The notes under the pieces: generated by a model
The model's input: the letters and a program-made list of their open reading frames with translations, nothing else
Database searches by the model: none
Told to the model about the DNA's origin: nothing
In this document: positions 13,155-22,037 of the stretch, in pieces
How positions within the stretch are numbered: the first letter of the stretch is position 1
Layout: each line of letters opens with the position of its first letter
Translations under genes and position numbers: made by a program
Assembly (NCBI GenBank): GCA_963820825.1
Contig: CAWGBN010000009.1
Location: forward strand, 64,001 to 128,000
Length of the DNA stretch: 64,000 nucleotides
Source: Vulcanimicrobiota bacterium
GTDB taxonomy: Bacteria; Vulcanimicrobiota; Vulcanimicrobiia; Vulcanimicrobiales; Vulcanimicrobiaceae
Direction of reading: 5' to 3'

Positions 13155-14011
13155 GAAATGATTCCTCTCCTAGCGAGAACGTACGCGATTGCACCGAGGA
13201 TGACGCAGTACCAGCCGAACGGCCGCAGATCGTTGGAACGGAAGTAGCGCATCAAGAAGGCGACCGAAAGATATGCGGCGGCACCGGCGAGAATTCCGCC
13301 GCAGACCGCTTCGATGAGGACGATGTCCGCGCCGGGCGCGAAGAGTTTGGGCACCTCGAGCAGGCCCGCTGCGAGAATCACCGGCGTCGCGAGCAGGAAC
13401 GAGAAGCGGGCCGCGCTCTCGTGGTCGAGATCGCAGAGCAGGCCGGCGACCATCGAGATACCCGATCGCGAGATGCCCGGCAACAGCGCGAGCCCCTGCG
13501 CGACGCCGATCAACACGCTCGCCGGATAACTCAACTCTTCGATCGGCTTGTACGAACCGGCGCTCGCACGGTGTTGACGCCGGCGCAGCGCCTCCCCGGC
13601 AAACATCACGAGGCCGTTGACGATCAGAAAGAGTGCCGCCGGCCCGGGCGATCCAAAGAGCCGGCGGACGGGCGCCTCGAAAATGACGCCGAGAATGCCG
13701 ACGGGAATCGTTCCCACGACCAAACGCCAGCCGATTCGTTCGTCGCGATTATCACTCAACTGGCCGCGCACGATGCTGCCCACGAGCGCGCGCACGATCG
13801 CATACCACTCCGTCCGATAGTAGACGATGAGTGCGACCGCCGTACCGAGGTGAAGGACGACGACGAATGCGAGAAACGACGGACTCGCACGCTCGAAGTT
13901 CCAGTGGAGCAGCGCCGGAACCAAGATCGTATGGCCGAGGCTCGAGACGGGGAAGAGTTCGCTGACGCCCTGCAGGAGTGCGAGCGCGAGCGCCTGCGCG
14001 AAGGTCATCAC
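13151..14011 (-). CDS. uppP: Undecaprenyl-diphosphate phosphatase (BacA/UppP)
   Basis: LQGVSELFPVSSLGH, LHLGT, PGISRSG, ARFSFLL. Confidence 0.95.
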   Translation of the reverse strand: MMTFAQALALALLQGVSELFPVSSLGHTILVPALLHWNFERASPSFLAFVVVLHLGTAVALIVYYRTEWYAIVRALVGSIVRGQLSDNRDERIGWRLVVGTIPVGILGVIFEAPVRRLFGSPGPAALFLIVNGLVMFAGEALRRRQHRASAGSYKPIEELSYPASVLIGVAQGLALLPGISRSGISMVAGLLCDLDHESAARFSFLLATPVILAAGLLEVPKLFAPGADIVLIEAVCGGILAGAAAYLSVAFLMRYFRSNDLRPFGWYCVILGAIAYVLARRGIIS

Positions 14012-14625
14012 CAGGCCACGAACTTAACGCTGAAGGAATAATCGCTCGCGATCGGTTTGCAGTCGCGCAACGCCGGCGTGTAGCGCGCGTCGCGAGCCAT
14101 TCCCACGGCGACGAGGTCGAGCGATGAGTTTCCGGTGCTCTGGGCGACGCTCGTCCCCGTCACCTGACCGCTGGAATCGAGCTGTACCGCCACGCGCGCG
14201 ATTCCGTTCGTCGCCGAGGCGCGCGTCTCGGGAGCGATCTCGGGCGGCGGCGGCGTGCTTGCGACGGCTGCGGCGATATCGGCGTGCGAGCACGGGGCCG
14301 CCGTCGCTACCGGCTCGGGCGTCGCAGTCGCAACGACCGGCGCGGCCGTTGCGGCGGCTGCGCCGGTGGTTCCACCGTTGCCAGGTCCCTTCCGGGCGGG
14401 CGGCGCGGAGTTAGCGGTGCGCGGTGCGGGCGTCTGTTTCGGACGAGGCGGCGGAGGCGTCGGCGGTTTCGTCATCGCGATCGTCGCGGGACGATGTTCG
14501 ATCGATACTACTTCAGCCTGATTCTCGGGCGTGGGCACCGGCGGGTGCAGAACGAGCGCGACGATCACGTGCAGCAGCAACGAGAGCGCGAACGCGACCA
14601 GCAGTAAACGCGGTACGCGTTTCAT
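14008..14625 (-). CDS. TonB family protein
   Basis: TM with SLLLH motif, Pro-rich linker, TonB_C domain (STGNSSLDLVAV...YTPA). Confidence 0.85.
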   Translation of the reverse strand: MKRVPRLLLVAFALSLLLHVIVALVLHPPVPTPENQAEVVSIEHRPATIAMTKPPTPPPPRPKQTPAPRTANSAPPARKGPGNGGTTGAAAATAAPVVATATPEPVATAAPCSHADIAAAVASTPPPPEIAPETRASATNGIARVAVQLDSSGQVTGTSVAQSTGNSSLDLVAVGMARDARYTPALRDCKPIASDYSFSVKFVAW

Positions 14626-14646
14626 CGCTCATCGACGGCGCGCGGA

Positions 14647-15363
14647 TTAGTCGGGCTGGAAGTCAGCGCGGAAGAGATAGTTGCCCGTCGTCGGCTGGCA
14701 ATCGACGAGCTTCGGTGAATAGCTCGACTGGCGTGCTGCGCGCAGCGCCGCTTGGTCGATGGCCATGTTGTTTGCGCTCTTATAAACCGATGCCGTAATG
14801 AGATTGCCGCTTGGTCCAACGGTCACCTCGACTTCGACGGTAACCGGGCCAAGCCCGAGATCCTTCGCCGACTCGGGGTAATCCGGCTGCACCGGGTTGG
14901 TGACGGTCGCCTCGACGTTCGGGTTGGCGCAAGCGGGTTTGGGCGCGCCGACCGTTGCCTGCGGACCCGGCGTGCCCTGTGCTCCGGCGGGGGCGCCGTT
15001 CTCCGTTCCGTGCACCGGCTGAGTGACCGTCGTTTCGGTCGAGCCGCGCGCGGAGTTGCTGGTCGTTTTGACGAGATTGACTTTGAGCTTCGGCTGCTCG
15101 ACCTGCTTCTTCTGCGGCGGCGGCGTCGAGTTCGGCGGCGGCGTTGGAGTCGGCGGCGGCGTGGGAGTCGGCGGCGGCGGTGTGTGGACGACGATCTTGC
15201 GCTTCTGCACGGTGACTTGCTCGGGCCCCTGCTGCTCGGCATGCTTGGCAAAGTTCGGCAAGAACGAGCCGATCGCTAAGTGCGCGATGATCGAGATGAC
15301 GAACGCCCAGCCGATATAGCTGCGGACGCGCTCGCCCGTCGTGAGGTAACCGCGGTTCGCCAT
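14647..15363 (-). CDS. TonB family energy transducer
   Basis: TM with SIIAH, PTP repeats, PDYPESA...IDQAALRAARQSSYSP. Confidence 0.88.
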   Translation of the reverse strand: MANRGYLTTGERVRSYIGWAFVISIIAHLAIGSFLPNFAKHAEQQGPEQVTVQKRKIVVHTPPPPTPTPPPTPTPPPNSTPPPQKKQVEQPKLKVNLVKTTSNSARGSTETTVTQPVHGTENGAPAGAQGTPGPQATVGAPKPACANPNVEATVTNPVQPDYPESAKDLGLGPVTVEVEVTVGPSGNLITASVYKSANNMAIDQAALRAARQSSYSPKLVDCQPTTGNYLFRADFQPD

Positions 15364-15366
15364 CGC

Positions 15367-15792
15367 CTATTGGTTGACTCCCGCGGGCGCGCCCTGGACG
15401 TGGTTCGCCAGACCGAAATCCGTGAGGTCGACCGACTTCGCCGCATCCATCACCTGAAGGATGACGCCGTAGCTCGCCTTGGGATCCGCCTTGATGATGA
15501 CGCTCTTGAAGCGGTGGTCGGTGGCATCTTGAAGCTGTGAGAAGGCCGCCTTGGCATCCGGGATCGTCACCTGGTTGGAGCCGATCTGAACGTGATCGTG
15601 CTCGTCGACGATGACCACGATCTGCGAAGGCTGAACCTTTTCCTTGTTGTAGGCGTCGGGAAGCTTCGGCTCTTTCGTGACCGACGCCAAGATGATGAAG
15701 ATGATGAGGAGCACCAACAACACGTCCGTGAACGGCGTGATGTTGATGGTCGACATTACCTCATCTTCACCTTGCCCAGTGGAAACGGCCAC
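15367..15792 (-). CDS. exbD: ExbD/TolR family protein
   Basis: INITPFTDVLLVLLIIF with the conserved Asp; IKADPKASYG. Confidence 0.9.
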   Translation of the reverse strand: MAVSTGQGEDEVMSTINITPFTDVLLVLLIIFIILASVTKEPKLPDAYNKEKVQPSQIVVIVDEHDHVQIGSNQVTIPDAKAAFSQLQDATDHRFKSVIIKADPKASYGVILQVMDAAKSVDLTDFGLANHVQGAPAGVNQ

Positions 15793-15810
15793 GTCGCAAT
15801 TACCTCCAGA

Positions 15811-16221
15811 CTATGACGTTACGAAGCCGACGTCTTCGAGCCCGGCGTTCTTCGCCGCGTCGAGGATTCGAATGATGACGCCGTAGGGAGCCTTCGCGTC
15901 GGCAACGATCGCCACGTGGTGGTGCGGCTTCTTCTTCGACGCGTCGAACATCACGCGATAGACGCCGGTATCGTCGGTCTTCACGCCGTCGACGAAGATC
16001 ACGCCCTTATTGTTAACGTCCACCTCGATGTCGTTCTTGTTCTTGGTGTTGGTCGACGTGTTGGGATTCTTGTTCGGCAGCTCTTTCTCGAAGCCGGGCG
16101 GCGCCACCAAGGCGGCGAGAATCATGAAGATGATCAGCAAGACCAACAGCACGTCCGTAAACGGGGTGATGTTGATCTCGGCCATCACCTCTTGGTCTTG
16201 CTGCGACGATAATAGGCTCAC
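15811..16221 (-). CDS. exbD: ExbD/TolR family protein (second copy)
   Basis: EINITPFTDVLLVLLIIFM; VADAKAPYG...AG. Confidence 0.9.
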   Translation of the reverse strand: MSLLSSQQDQEVMAEINITPFTDVLLVLLIIFMILAALVAPPGFEKELPNKNPNTSTNTKNKNDIEVDVNNKGVIFVDGVKTDDTGVYRVMFDASKKKPHHHVAIVADAKAPYGVIIRILDAAKNAGLEDVGFVTS

Positions 16222-16240
16222 GATCGCGCCCTACGAAGCT

Positions 16241-16909
16241 TTACTTGGTCGCCTTCGAAGGTTGATAGAGCTCCGTCGGAATCGGCGCACCCGTGTTGTG
16301 GAAGTGCAGCATCTCCGCGAGCTGATTCGCGGCGACGATCATCTCTTGATTGTAATTCTTGATGCGCGACTTGAAGAAGTTGAAAAAGACCACCGCGATG
16401 ACCGCGATGATCAGACCGGTCGCGGTCGTGATGAGCGCTTCCGAGACGCCCGCCGCGACGACGGCCGGCGTCGAGTTACCCTTCAGCGCGATGTCTTGGA
16501 AGGCACGGATGATGCCCAAAACCGTTCCGAAGAGACCGACGAACGGCGCGATGACGGCGATGGTGCCGATGATCGCCAAGTTCCGCTCGAGCGAGTTGAG
16601 ATGCTCCATCAGTGCGATCGAGAGCGCGTCGGTGATGTCGGCGCGGTTCTTCTCGCCGCGACGCAGACCGAACTCGAGGATCCGCGGAAGCATTCCGCGG
16701 TTCTTCTTACAGACGTCGATCGCCCCGTCGAGATCGTCGGCCGAGACCTTCGCTCCGATCTGGCGCAGCAGCCCCTTGGTATCGCCATGCTGCATCTGGA
16801 AGAAGACGAGCCGCTCGATGACGACTGCGAGACCGACGATCGAAATGAGCAGGAGCAGCCACATATCCCAGCCGCCCTGCTGCATGAGACCCATAAATCC
16901 GGAAAACAC
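16241..16909 (-). CDS. exbB: MotA/TolQ/ExbB proton channel protein
   Basis: APFVGLFGTVLGIIRAF, GVSEALITTATGL. Confidence 0.92.
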   Translation of the reverse strand: MFSGFMGLMQQGGWDMWLLLLISIVGLAVVIERLVFFQMQHGDTKGLLRQIGAKVSADDLDGAIDVCKKNRGMLPRILEFGLRRGEKNRADITDALSIALMEHLNSLERNLAIIGTIAVIAPFVGLFGTVLGIIRAFQDIALKGNSTPAVVAAGVSEALITTATGLIIAVIAVVFFNFFKSRIKNYNQEMIVAANQLAEMLHFHNTGAPIPTELYQPSKATK

Positions 16910-17007
16910 GGTGCTCTACCACCCTCCACTTAAACGTAGTTCCGCGGCGCCTGCCCGCCCCGTGAGGGCGAGCCATTGGCCTATGCCGCGCTAAAGTCCT
17001 GGTAACG

Positions 17008-18390
17008 TTAGCTCCCGCCTCCCGACCCACCCGAGGCGGTGCCGTTGAGGTTCTTCTTGATGAACGTTTCGATCTGCAGCGCCAACGCTTCGTTGCCCTC
17101 GGCTTTGGCTTGTTCGTCGGCCTTGTTGAGCGCGTCGGTGGCCTTCTGCTTCGTGCCTGCATCGTGGTTCGTAGACCACTGGCCGGCCAGCGCAATGCCC
17201 TCCGCGAAATTCGCCGCGGCATCGTTGGGATTCGTCGCGAGAGCCTTTTCGGCATAAGCTTGCATACGCTTGTAGTCCGGCTTTTCCGTGCGCGCTATAG
17301 CAAACGCGGCGAGGGTATTCGCTGTGACGGCGAGTTTGGGATCGCCGGCGGCCGCGGCTTGATCGTAATCGGCGAGAGCCGTGGTCGTGTCCTTGGCGTC
17401 GGCCGCCTTGGTTCCGGCGTTGATCAGCGACAACGCCATCGCCGAGGAACCCGCGGTGCTATTGGGATCGAGTTGCTTGATCTGAGCGACCATTGCCTGC
17501 GCTTGCGCGGTATCGTGGTTGGCCAGGTACGCTTCGACCAGCTCGGCGTCGATGTTCACCTTCGACGAGACCGGAATCTTCGGATTGGCCATCGCCGCGC
17601 TCTGCGCCGCCTTCAGCGAGGCGAGTGCCGACGCGAGGTCGCCGTTGGCAAGCTGCGCGACGCCGAGCGCAAACTGCGAGTTCGGTCCGGGGTCGAGCGC
17701 CATCGCCTTCTGCGCGTATCCGAGCGATTGACTCGCATCCGTTCGCGCCCCCTTGACGGCTGCGGTCGCAAAGCTCTGTGCCGCGATCGGACGGAACTGC
17801 GGACCGATCGTTTCGACCTTATCGAACGCCGCAGCGGAAGTCGCGACGTCGCCGGCATCGAAGGCGGCGATCCCCAGCATCTGGCGCAGCGACGCGTCGT
17901 TCGGCGAACTGATCAGTGCGGACTGGGCCTTCGATTTCGCCGCTTCGTACTTACCCTGCCGGATCAACGCGGCAACTTGGCTCGCCGCGGGGCTCATCGA
18001 TCCGCCGGCCGGCACCCCGGAGCCCGCCTCGCTCGTGTTGGTCGCAACCGACTTCCCGCTGAACTTCAAGGTGAAGTCGTAAAACGAGGTGATCGGCGTC
18101 GTCCCGCGATGGGCCGGACGGTAGGTCGAGTTCTGGGCGATCTCCATCGCCGCCGCGTTATCGCCCGCGTTGCTCGAGTGAATGACCTTGATGGCCTTGT
18201 GCGTGCCGTTCGCATTGACTTGCACCTGCACCACCACCGTGCCGCTGCCCGCGACGGAGGTGGTCGTCGTGCCCTGCTTGAGCAGTTTGGCCGGCACGAA
18301 CTCGCTGGCGTACTGCGCCGCCGCCGGGAGTTGCGTGAGAGCGACGAGCGCCGCGATAGCCGGCGCGACGATGCGGAACTGAGCGTTCAT
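17008..18390 (-). CDS. Secreted protein with N-terminal TonB_C-like domain and TPR-like repeats
   Basis: Signal peptide (LPAAA-Q); GTVVVQVQVNANG...SSNAGDNAAAMEIA...YRPA; TPR-like helices (AQKAMALDPG, AEKALATNPNDA). Confidence 0.75.
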   Translation of the reverse strand: MNAQFRIVAPAIAALVALTQLPAAAQYASEFVPAKLLKQGTTTTSVAGSGTVVVQVQVNANGTHKAIKVIHSSNAGDNAAAMEIAQNSTYRPAHRGTTPITSFYDFTLKFSGKSVATNTSEAGSGVPAGGSMSPAASQVAALIRQGKYEAAKSKAQSALISSPNDASLRQMLGIAAFDAGDVATSAAAFDKVETIGPQFRPIAAQSFATAAVKGARTDASQSLGYAQKAMALDPGPNSQFALGVAQLANGDLASALASLKAAQSAAMANPKIPVSSKVNIDAELVEAYLANHDTAQAQAMVAQIKQLDPNSTAGSSAMALSLINAGTKAADAKDTTTALADYDQAAAAGDPKLAVTANTLAAFAIARTEKPDYKRMQAYAEKALATNPNDAAANFAEGIALAGQWSTNHDAGTKQKATDALNKADEQAKAEGNEALALQIETFIKKNLNGTASGGSGGGS

Positions 18391-19160
18391 GGCGTACCTC
18401 GAGTTGCTTGGCGATGCTTCGTGTTCGGCATGGTACGAGGCGCTTCGTCCGTCGGCCTGCGATGCCGTTCGAGCGCGGCGAGTTCCCTGGCGGTGAGCGG
18501 CCGCATGCATCCCGCCGATAGGTTCCCCAACCGCAGCGGTCCGAAACGCGTACGGGTCAGCGCGAGCACCCGGTGACCGAGCGCTTCGAACATCCGGCGC
18601 ACCTGCCGGTTTCGTCCTTCGTGAATGGTCACGTCGACGACCGACCGGTCGCGGCGCACCGCGAGCACGCGCAGCTTCGCCCCGCCGGTGCGAAACTCGT
18701 CGAGCGCGATTCCCTGGTGGAGCGATCGTACGTCGCGTGCGGAGAGGCGCCCGGCGATCTCGGCGCGATAGGTCTTTTCGACCCCGTATCGCGGATGGAG
18801 CAACGAGTGGGCGAGCTCGCCGTCGTCGGTCAAGAGCAGCGCGCCGCCGGTCGCGTAGTCGAGACGTCCGACCGGGACGACTCGCACGCTCGCCGGCACG
18901 AAATCGGCCACGGCCGCGCGTCCCTGCGGATCGCGCATCGTGGTTACGACGCCGAGCGGCTTGTTCAGCAGCAGATACGTGCGTTCGAGAGGCAATTCCG
19001 CGAGTGCGCCATCGACTTCAACACGATCGCCGTCCCGAACGTTCGTTCCCAACTCGGTGACGATCCGTCCGTTGATGCTGACGCGTCGCGCCGCGATGAG
19101 TTCGTCGGCCCGCCGCCGCGCCGCAACTCCCGCCTGCGCAAGATATCTATTGAGGCGCAT
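18387..19160 (-). CDS. rluB: RsuA/RluB family pseudouridine synthase
   Basis: S4 domain MRLNRYLAQAG, LNKP, VGRLD catalytic motif, EGRNRQVRRM. Confidence 0.9.
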   Translation of the reverse strand: MRLNRYLAQAGVAARRRADELIAARRVSINGRIVTELGTNVRDGDRVEVDGALAELPLERTYLLLNKPLGVVTTMRDPQGRAAVADFVPASVRVVPVGRLDYATGGALLLTDDGELAHSLLHPRYGVEKTYRAEIAGRLSARDVRSLHQGIALDEFRTGGAKLRVLAVRRDRSVVDVTIHEGRNRQVRRMFEALGHRVLALTRTRFGPLRLGNLSAGCMRPLTARELAALERHRRPTDEAPRTMPNTKHRQATRGTP

Positions 19161-19190
19161 CGACCGCCCCACTTTAATCTACGGAAATAC

Positions 19191-19338
19191 TAGCTAAGCG
19201 AGCGACGTGATGCCGAGGAAATTCGGACCGACTCGCGGAGCCATGGATGGCGGGAGCGAGTCGGCCGTATAGTAGGAGCGAAGCCGGGACGGCGCAGCGA
19301 CGAACGGTTCCGAAGGATCACGTCGCAAGCGAAAGCTA
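19191..19338. repeat. 148-bp TA-flanked nested inverted-repeat element (MITE/ERIC-like)
   Basis: TAGCT...AGCTA ends, GCGACGTGAT/ATCACGTCGC arms, inner CCGACTCGC/GCGAGTCGG stem around GCCATGGATGGC. Confidence 0.6.
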
Positions 19339-20793
19339 ATATTTGCCGTTCCCGCCATCCTCGTAGCCTCGATTCATCGAGAGCGCCTCTTTGGTAACCG
19401 TCTGTAAGAACTCTTCGTTCGTGCGCGTCTGCGCCATTTTGTCGAGAATGATCTCGGTGATGTCGCCGGTGTTGAGCACCGCGGTCGCGCGGCGCAGCAT
19501 CCAGATCTTGCGCATCTCGTCGGGCGAGAGTAGCAGCTCTTCGTGCCGCGTTCCGGAACGCTTGATGTCGATCGCCGGGAAGACTCGCGACTCGGCGAGC
19601 TTACGGGTGAGATCGATCTCCATGTTACCGGTGCCCTTGAACTCTTCGAAGATCACGTCGTCCATCTTTGAGCCGGTCTCGATCAGCGCCGTTGCGATGA
19701 TCGTCAGCGAACCGCCTTCTTCGATCTTGCGGGCCGCACCGAAGAATCGCTTCGGCTTATGCAGCGAAGCGGTATCGAGACCACCCGAGAGCGTTCGTCC
19801 GGAACTGGCGACGACCTGATTGTAGGCGCGCGCGAGACGCGTAATCGAATCGAGCAGGATCACCACGTCTTTTCCGAGTTCGACCAGCCGCTTCGCACGC
19901 TCCATGGCGAGCTCGGCAACGGTCGTGTGATTCTCGGGATGCTCGTCGAACGTGGAGGCCACGACCTCTCCGTCGATCGTCCGCTGCATATCGGTGACTT
20001 CTTCCGGACGCTCGTCGACGAGCAGCGCGATGATGTGCGCGTCGGGATGGTTGATCGAAATCGAGTTGGCGATATTCTTCAGAAGCGTCGTCTTGCCGGC
20101 CTTCGGCGGCGAGACGATCAGCGCGCGTTGTCCTTTGCCGATCGGCGAGAACAAGTCGATGACGCGCGTCGAGAGCTGGGTCGAGCGGACTTCGAGTTTG
20201 AAGCGCTCTTGCGGATAGATCGGCGTCCCTTTTTCGAAGGTGCGCCGTCCCTTGATTGCCTCAGGATCCAAATCGTTGACTTTGTCGACGCGAATGAGCC
20301 CGTAATACTTTTCGCTCTCTTTCGGACGCCGGACCTGACCCTCGACCATATCCCCGCGCCGCAGCTCGAAGCGGCGGATCTGCGATTGGCTAACGTAGAT
20401 ATCGTCGTTGCCGATGTAATAGCCGGCGCGGCGTAAGAAGCCGTAGCCCTCGGGAAGAACGTCGAGGATTCCGCTGGCCATCTCGATGCCGGAGCGCGAG
20501 ATCTGCGCCTGCACGAGCATCTCAACCAGCTCGTCTTTTTTAAGCTTCGCCGGCGCCGGAAGCTCGATTTCGAGCTCCTTCGCGAGCTCGACGAGTTCGG
20601 TCTTCGTCTTCTCCGAAAGCTGCGCCGCCGTTTGAATCGGCGGTACTTCTACCTGCGGGACCTGATCGTGGAAGACGGCCTGATGCTGCGGAAAGTGGTG
20701 CCGGCGACGCGAGCGCCGGCGGCGCCCACCGCCCCCTTGCTGGGGTGCGTTATTCGAACGGTGGTCGAGGTTGGGGCGATGTTCCGTTTGCAG
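19336..20793 (-). CDS. rho: Transcription termination factor Rho (probable CTG start)
   Basis: Rho_N domain LSEKTKTELVELAKEL...KKDEL upstream of the ORF-track Met; GYGFLR, GKGQR, PPKAGKT, DERPEEVTD, LDSITRLARAYN. Confidence 0.96.
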   Translation of the reverse strand: MQTEHRPNLDHRSNNAPQQGGGGRRRRSRRRHHFPQHQAVFHDQVPQVEVPPIQTAAQLSEKTKTELVELAKELEIELPAPAKLKKDELVEMLVQAQISRSGIEMASGILDVLPEGYGFLRRAGYYIGNDDIYVSQSQIRRFELRRGDMVEGQVRRPKESEKYYGLIRVDKVNDLDPEAIKGRRTFEKGTPIYPQERFKLEVRSTQLSTRVIDLFSPIGKGQRALIVSPPKAGKTTLLKNIANSISINHPDAHIIALLVDERPEEVTDMQRTIDGEVVASTFDEHPENHTTVAELAMERAKRLVELGKDVVILLDSITRLARAYNQVVASSGRTLSGGLDTASLHKPKRFFGAARKIEEGGSLTIIATALIETGSKMDDVIFEEFKGTGNMEIDLTRKLAESRVFPAIDIKRSGTRHEELLLSPDEMRKIWMLRRATAVLNTGDITEIILDKMAQTRTNEEFLQTVTKEALSMNRGYEDGGNGKY

Positions 20794-20943
20794 AAGAGTA
20801 ATCTCTCTTTAAGAGTCGCTCGCGCCGCGCTTGGACGACCGAGGGCGAGGCGAGGCTGCCGTCGCTGTCAGGTCGGTGACGTGAACGTGGGGATGTCAAA
20901 AGTCGTCGCGGCTGTCAACCAAAGACCGCAACGCGACGCACAC

Positions 20944-20972
20944 ACTATAGCACAGCGGCAGCGAGCGTTCAA
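20944..20972 (-). promoter_or_regulatory. Sigma70-type promoter of rho: TTGAAC-N17-TATAGT with extended TG
   Basis: Minus strand reads TTGAAC gctcgctgccgctgtgc TATAGT. Confidence 0.65.
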
Positions 20973-21567
20973 GCGGGGTTCAAGCGGGCGGCTCCGCTCA
21001 CGAATGGGCTTCCTGCCGCGTAGAAACGCAGCCTCCGATCGGCAGCCGCCGATATGCCGATGCGGGGGCTGCGACGCACGCGCATCGGAAAGGCACCCGC
21101 ATCGGCCAACCAAAGGTGCGGATGCGTGAAGGGATCGATCCCATCGAGCGAACGGTCGATGTCGAGCGCGCGGCAGAGACGGCCCGGCCCGCGACAGAGG
21201 TCGCGCATGCGCTCGATCGCGCGCCGGTTGCGCATCAGCGCGACGCCTTCGATCGGCTCGAGCGCGCGTACGAGCACGCCTGCGCCCTCGCCGTCGCGTT
21301 CGCTCGACAGATTGAAACAGTATGAGGTGCCGTAAATTTGATAGACGTAGGCGCGATGCGGGGGTCCGAAGAGCGTGGCGTTCCGTCGCGTCTTGCCGCG
21401 ATAGGCGTGGCAGGCGGGGTCCCCGGGGAGATAGGCTTCCGTCTCGACGATCCGGCCGGCCGTTATCCCATCGTCGCTATCGCGAACGAGGACGCAGCCG
21501 AGCACGCGTGTGCCAACGCACGCGTTTCGATAGGCAAGCGCTCCGGCTCGAGCCGGCGCAGCGTCAT
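20969..21567 (-). pseudogene. mpg: DNA-3-methyladenine glycosylase (MPG/AAG family) with one frameshift near 21506 (likely sequencing error)
   Basis: MTLRRLEPERLPIETRALAHA continues as LGCVLVRD...GRIVETEAY...AYVYQIYG...VLVRALEP...GPGRLC...RIGIS after a 1-nt shift. Confidence 0.85.
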
Positions 21568-21992
21568 GCGGCAACGTTCAGCGCTACTTCGGCTCTCGCC
21601 CTTTGCGTCAGGTCTTCGACCGCTCCGGCTCGCACTGCGAACTTTGCAAGCGAGTTGAGCAGACAACGTAAGCGAACGTACGGAATCGCCAGGCGTTGAT
21701 CGACGCCCCGCCCGCTGGTGATCTCCTCGGCAAACTCGGCGTCGCCGACGATGAAGCGCACGTCGCGACAGCCGCGTTTAACGATCGCTTGCACGACGGC
21801 AGTGAGTGCGGCGTACGCGCCGGCGCGCTCGCCGGCCGCCGATTGCGCCGGTCGAAAGACGACGCGCAGGAGCTTTCCCGCCACCGGACCGGTCAGCCGC
21901 GCGTAGGCGACGCCCCTTCCCCGAGAATCGGCCGCATAACCGACCTCGGCTTCGACTGTGGTACCGGGGACTCGATCTGCTTGCATCTCCAT
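21564..21992 (-). CDS. Hypothetical protein, degenerate RNase H-like fold
   Basis: AYAALTAVVQAIVKRG..VRFIVGDAEF..YVRLRCLLNSL..F resembles the RNase HI-like pattern EYxAL..GL..A..G..V..GDS; most acidic catalytic residues absent. Confidence 0.6.
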   Translation of the reverse strand: MEMQADRVPGTTVEAEVGYAADSRGRGVAYARLTGPVAGKLLRVVFRPAQSAAGERAGAYAALTAVVQAIVKRGCRDVRFIVGDAEFAEEITSGRGVDQRLAIPYVRLRCLLNSLAKFAVRAGAVEDLTQRARAEVALNVAA

Positions 21993-22008
21993 GGGCCTCG
22001 TATTCCCA

Positions 22009-22037
22009 TTTTAATGCGAACGTATGTTCGCAGTCAA
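22009..22037 (-). promoter_or_regulatory. Promoter TTGACT-N18-TAAAAT with a Gram-positive-type LexA box (TGCGAAC-N4-GTTCGCA, 22015-22032) in the spacer
   Basis: Perfect 7-bp palindromic arms matching CGAAC-N4-GTTCG, between near-consensus -35 and -10, upstream of a DNA repair gene. Confidence 0.8.

Noticed and set aside
15110..15185. GGCGGC/GGAGTC tandem repeats
   Set aside because: They encode the Pro-Thr linker of TonB; not a CRISPR array or VNTR element
16922..17007. GC-rich stems before exbB as a cobalamin riboswitch
   Set aside because: Too short and no B12-box consensus
21495..21515. Programmed frameshift in mpg
   Set aside because: No slippery sequence; one missing base restores ALAHALLGC, so error or recent mutation is more likely
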